Assembly: GCA_964016885.1 (NCBI GenBank)
Contig: OZ024742.1
Coordinates: 121,148,001 to 121,212,000 of the forward strand
Length of the DNA stretch: 64,000 nucleotides
Origin: Eledone cirrhosa
Lineage: Eukaryota
Direction of reading: 5' to 3'
Shown: in pieces, positions 60,880-64,000 of the stretch
Numbering within the stretch: position 1 is the first letter of the stretch
Layout of the letters: each line of letters opens with the position of its first letter
Notes under the pieces: model-generated
The model's input: the letters and a program-made list of their open reading frames with translations, nothing else
Databases searched by the model: none
Told to the model about the DNA's origin: nothing
Translations under genes and position numbers: made by a program

Positions 60880-61712
60880 AAGTCAGTATTGCAGCATATG
60901 TACAAAACTATTTTCATATTACAGTAATATGCAAAAGTATTTTGTAACCGGGTTCACAATTTCATGATATCCAAAAACCGAGTGAGAGGGAGAGGCCTAA
61001 ATTTAAAATAACAAAGAAAAACTACTCTATTCTCTGAAAAAAATGATATATTATATCTCATTTTTTTTTTGCAAAGCATCAGATAAATGTTGCTTCGTGG
61101 TCCCCGTAAACAGAATCACGAATATGTTACCCCGGAGAATAGTGAGGGTGATGCACTGAAACAGCCAATCCAACAGGTGTTAATCGTTCTTACTGACAGT
61201 CATCTCCGTCCGAATTTCAGTATGCAAGAAGGGGCTTCCGGAACCCAAGGTAACAGATATTTTACCTGCTACGATTTCTGCTTAAATATTGAATATTCAA
61301 TACATGAGCTAGATATTTTTTTTTTTTTTTTACCCGAAAACCCCAGTTTATTCGAGATTGATATTTACTTTATACAGATAAAAACTTGTAGAATTCTAAG
61401 CTGTTAACCAAAACTATTATTTTTATCACCGATTTTGAATGAAATGCCCACAACTGTGCAGCTGTCCTCTACAATAATATATCATTTTAAAAAAACATCC
61501 TGACTCAAACAACTTTGTTCAGTAGGTTTTTGCATTTGGTAAAATGTTTTATTGAAATGTTACACTCATATACACTCTGTATGAATGTACCCAATGCCAG
61601 AAACAACTTGAAAATATATTTATCATAAGGCAGTCCTTCCTACGGAAAGCAGTGTATATTGTTTTAGCAATAACATCATGCCACATTGGAACATAGTACT
61701 TTGGCGTGTGTT

Positions 61713-61751
<39 letters not shown>

Positions 61752-62004
61752 AACCTTGCAATTCTCAAGAATATGTTGTGTAATGACGTCTTCATAGATT
61801 TTGTATACATTAAGCTGGAAATGAATTACAAAACAGGCGCAGTTTACCAAGATATTTGTTTAAAGAAATTAGGAGTGATAATTTCAGAAAAGGGGGTTAG
61901 GCTTCCGTTTGCTGCTTCTTGTTTAGATTAAATGGTTAGTTTGTTGATATGGAAACAATGAGTGCATCCAAAAGCCTGTCAGAACCACTCTTCGTGTTTA
62001 TATG

Positions 62005-62067
<63 letters not shown>

Positions 62068-62254
62068 GGGAGAGAGAGGGGGGGAGAAAGGGAGAGAGAG
62101 AGTAGAAGAAGGAAGGAAAGAAAGAAAATGTTTCCAAAGACCTGTTAGAATTATGTAAAACGGTTTTATCGTATTTCCTATTGCAGAATACAAGAAAGTT
62201 TGTTGAATTTAAAGTAAATATGAAATGTAATTATTATTTGGTTCTTCCTCAAAA

Positions 62255-62835
62255 TTGGCAGATTGGCAGTAATCAGTTGATCTTCGGACACCATGCTTTG
62301 CGACATAGAGTTACGATCCTTTACGTTCCGTTTTCAAATCCCGCCGAGGTTAGCTTTCGCTTTCATCATTACGGGCTTGATAAAATAATTGTTTCTACTT
62401 TTGGCACAAGGCCAGCAATTACCCAGTGCATTACTGGTACATTATTTAATCGAACCCTTAAGGATGAAAGGTAAAGTTAACCTCGGCGGGATTTGAACTC
62501 AGATCGTAAAGGGACGTAACTATGCTGGAAAGCATGGCGTCCGACCGTCCACCGATACTGCCAATCCACTAGCTTGCGGGGGTTGATAAAATAATGACCA
62601 GTAACGCACTGGGGTCAATTTAATCGACTTTCCCTTCCCCCCAGAATTGTTGACCTTGTGCTACCAATGAGAGTGGTGGATTGGCAGTATCGGTAGAGCT
62701 CGGGCAACATGTTTTGCGGAATTTAGATACGGCTTTCTACGTTCTGAGTTCAAATTCCGCCGAAGTTAGCTTTGCCTGTCATTCTTCCGAAGCCGATAAA
62801 GCAAAGTACTAGTTAAGTGCTGGGGTCGATATGAT
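62255..62835. mobile_element. Cluster of three tRNA-derived SINEs, one nested in antisense
   Basis: A + copy at 62255-62389 resumes at about 62574-62660, a - copy occupies 62390-62570, and another + copy lies at 62670-62835. Confidence 0.8.
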
Positions 62836-62874
62836 CGCAGGACCCTGAGGGATAACTAATCAAGTTGCTGAAAG

Positions 62875-63190
62875 ATATCTTTCCTCGATTAAGCGAAGCA
62901 AAGATTAAAGAAGGCGTCTTCGTTGGACCAGGCACCCGCAAATTGATGAAGCTTTAGTTGTTCAGAGATTCTTTGAATAAAGTTGAAGGACGACTAGCTT
63001 AGGATGCTGTGTTAAAGGCAGTTGAAAACTTTCCCTGAAAGAACCGAAGCCCGAATTACAAGATAATCATAGCTGACTTGGATTCATTCGATGCAAAGGG
63101 TGTCAAAATGTTCTTGAATATTCACATTTTAAAGAGTCACTTGAATTTCTTTCCTTTGGACTTGGGCAATATCAGTGATGAGCATGGTGT
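62875..63190 (+). mobile_element. DNA transposase fragment, Chapaev3/CMC-like
   Basis: FPRLSEAKIKEGVFVGP and HILKSHLNFFPLDLGNISDEHG. The family assignment is from motif memory. Confidence 0.6.
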
Positions 63191-63329
63191 GGATAGTTCA
63201 ATAATTTCCGAATACATCTAGCCCTCTAGATTTTCGCATTTAAGACTGTCGATATATAATAGTTTAAACCCAATTAAGACCATTGGTTCTGCCAACTTGT
63301 AGAAATTCCATCGATATACCAGGTTGAGT

Positions 63330-63924
63330 CAAAAGATTTTTCGATGTTCAAGCTTTGATCAGTTCATGAGGAACTTCTCGAAAGCGTCTGTTCCCAAGTC
63401 CAAGCTTATGGAAGTTTTCGGTTGATAGTGTTTTGTGAAGGATAAAGTTCTGCCGACAATGTACGCGTGCTTGCGCTTGGCAGTTGTTTAACCATTTCAA
63501 GCAAGACCTCATCTTTTACAACAGAAGGTCTCCCTGACCTTGGTTTGTTTTCGAGGCTGGTGTCACCTTCCTTGAAACGTCTGAACCAGTTTTGTGTCAC
63601 ACGTTCGTTGACAGTTTCTGGGCCTTCCATATCATTAACAGACCTGCCAACCTCTAAAAATCCAAACGAGGCGTACCATGCATAAAAGTGCCCCCATTCG
63701 GGGAGAAATGAGGCAAATGGGGGAGATTTTACATAATGAAAGCTATACCCATTTTCACAAGAGAAGACATCTTTAACCCACCCCAAAGTGGGTGGGAGAT
63801 CTCCACGTCAGATGGGGAGAGTTGACAGGTCTACATTAATTTCTTTTGTCGCTGTCCTTGCACTTAGTCCTTTTTCCCACAGGTAGCATAACATGATTTT
63901 AATTGCAATGTTTTCACTACTCAT
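63330..63924 (-). mobile_element. Mariner transposase N-terminal fragment interrupted by a MITE
   Basis: MSSENIAIKIMLCYLWEKG...KEINDMEG...NWFRRFKEGDTSLENKPRSGRP...EVPHEL after removing the MITE. Confidence 0.85.
63639..63833. mobile_element. MITE with a 6-bp TSD (family of 17497-17673)
   Basis: cagacctgccaac...gttgacaggtcta flanked by CATTAA at 63633-63638 and 63834-63839. Confidence 0.85.
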
Positions 63925-64000
63925 TACCAGAGCCATAGAATAAAGAATAAACAATTAATATTTGTATATTATATATGGAAATAAAGAATAAACAATTCAG

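Noticed and set aside
60700-61520. CpG-bearing segment that may be a DNA transposon remnant
   Set aside because: No TIR, TSD or protein motif could be established.

Overview
AT-rich, microsatellite-dense animal genomic DNA; the repeat landscape looks cephalopod (octopus-like), but that is inference. The only host gene is an intronless-CDS HSP110/HSPA4-type chaperone (1170-3680, +). The rest is a dense patchwork of transposon remnants: RTE-clade LINEs (one family with a PHD finger inside the RT), tRNA-derived SINEs, mariner, Tigger, hAT-, piggyBac- and Chapaev3-like DNA elements, Penelope-like elements, a near-complete Tx1/L1 element and an R4/Dong-type element. The most notable structures are: (1) a non-coding 656-nt retrozyme-like unit with a complete type I hammerhead ribozyme and a predicted 7-bp pseudoknot (35116-36290), plus three further hammerhead-like motifs; (2) a head-to-tail stack of Tx1 copies and a Dong-like element that all sit in (TTA/TAA)n tracts (51140-60690); (3) a 4.4-kb inverted duplication with a templated junction (41372-51703); (4) three tRNA-like Pol III-type units with a conserved upstream TATA; and (5) several perfect fold-back palindromes. 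Boundaries of degenerate elements were read by eye and are approximate.
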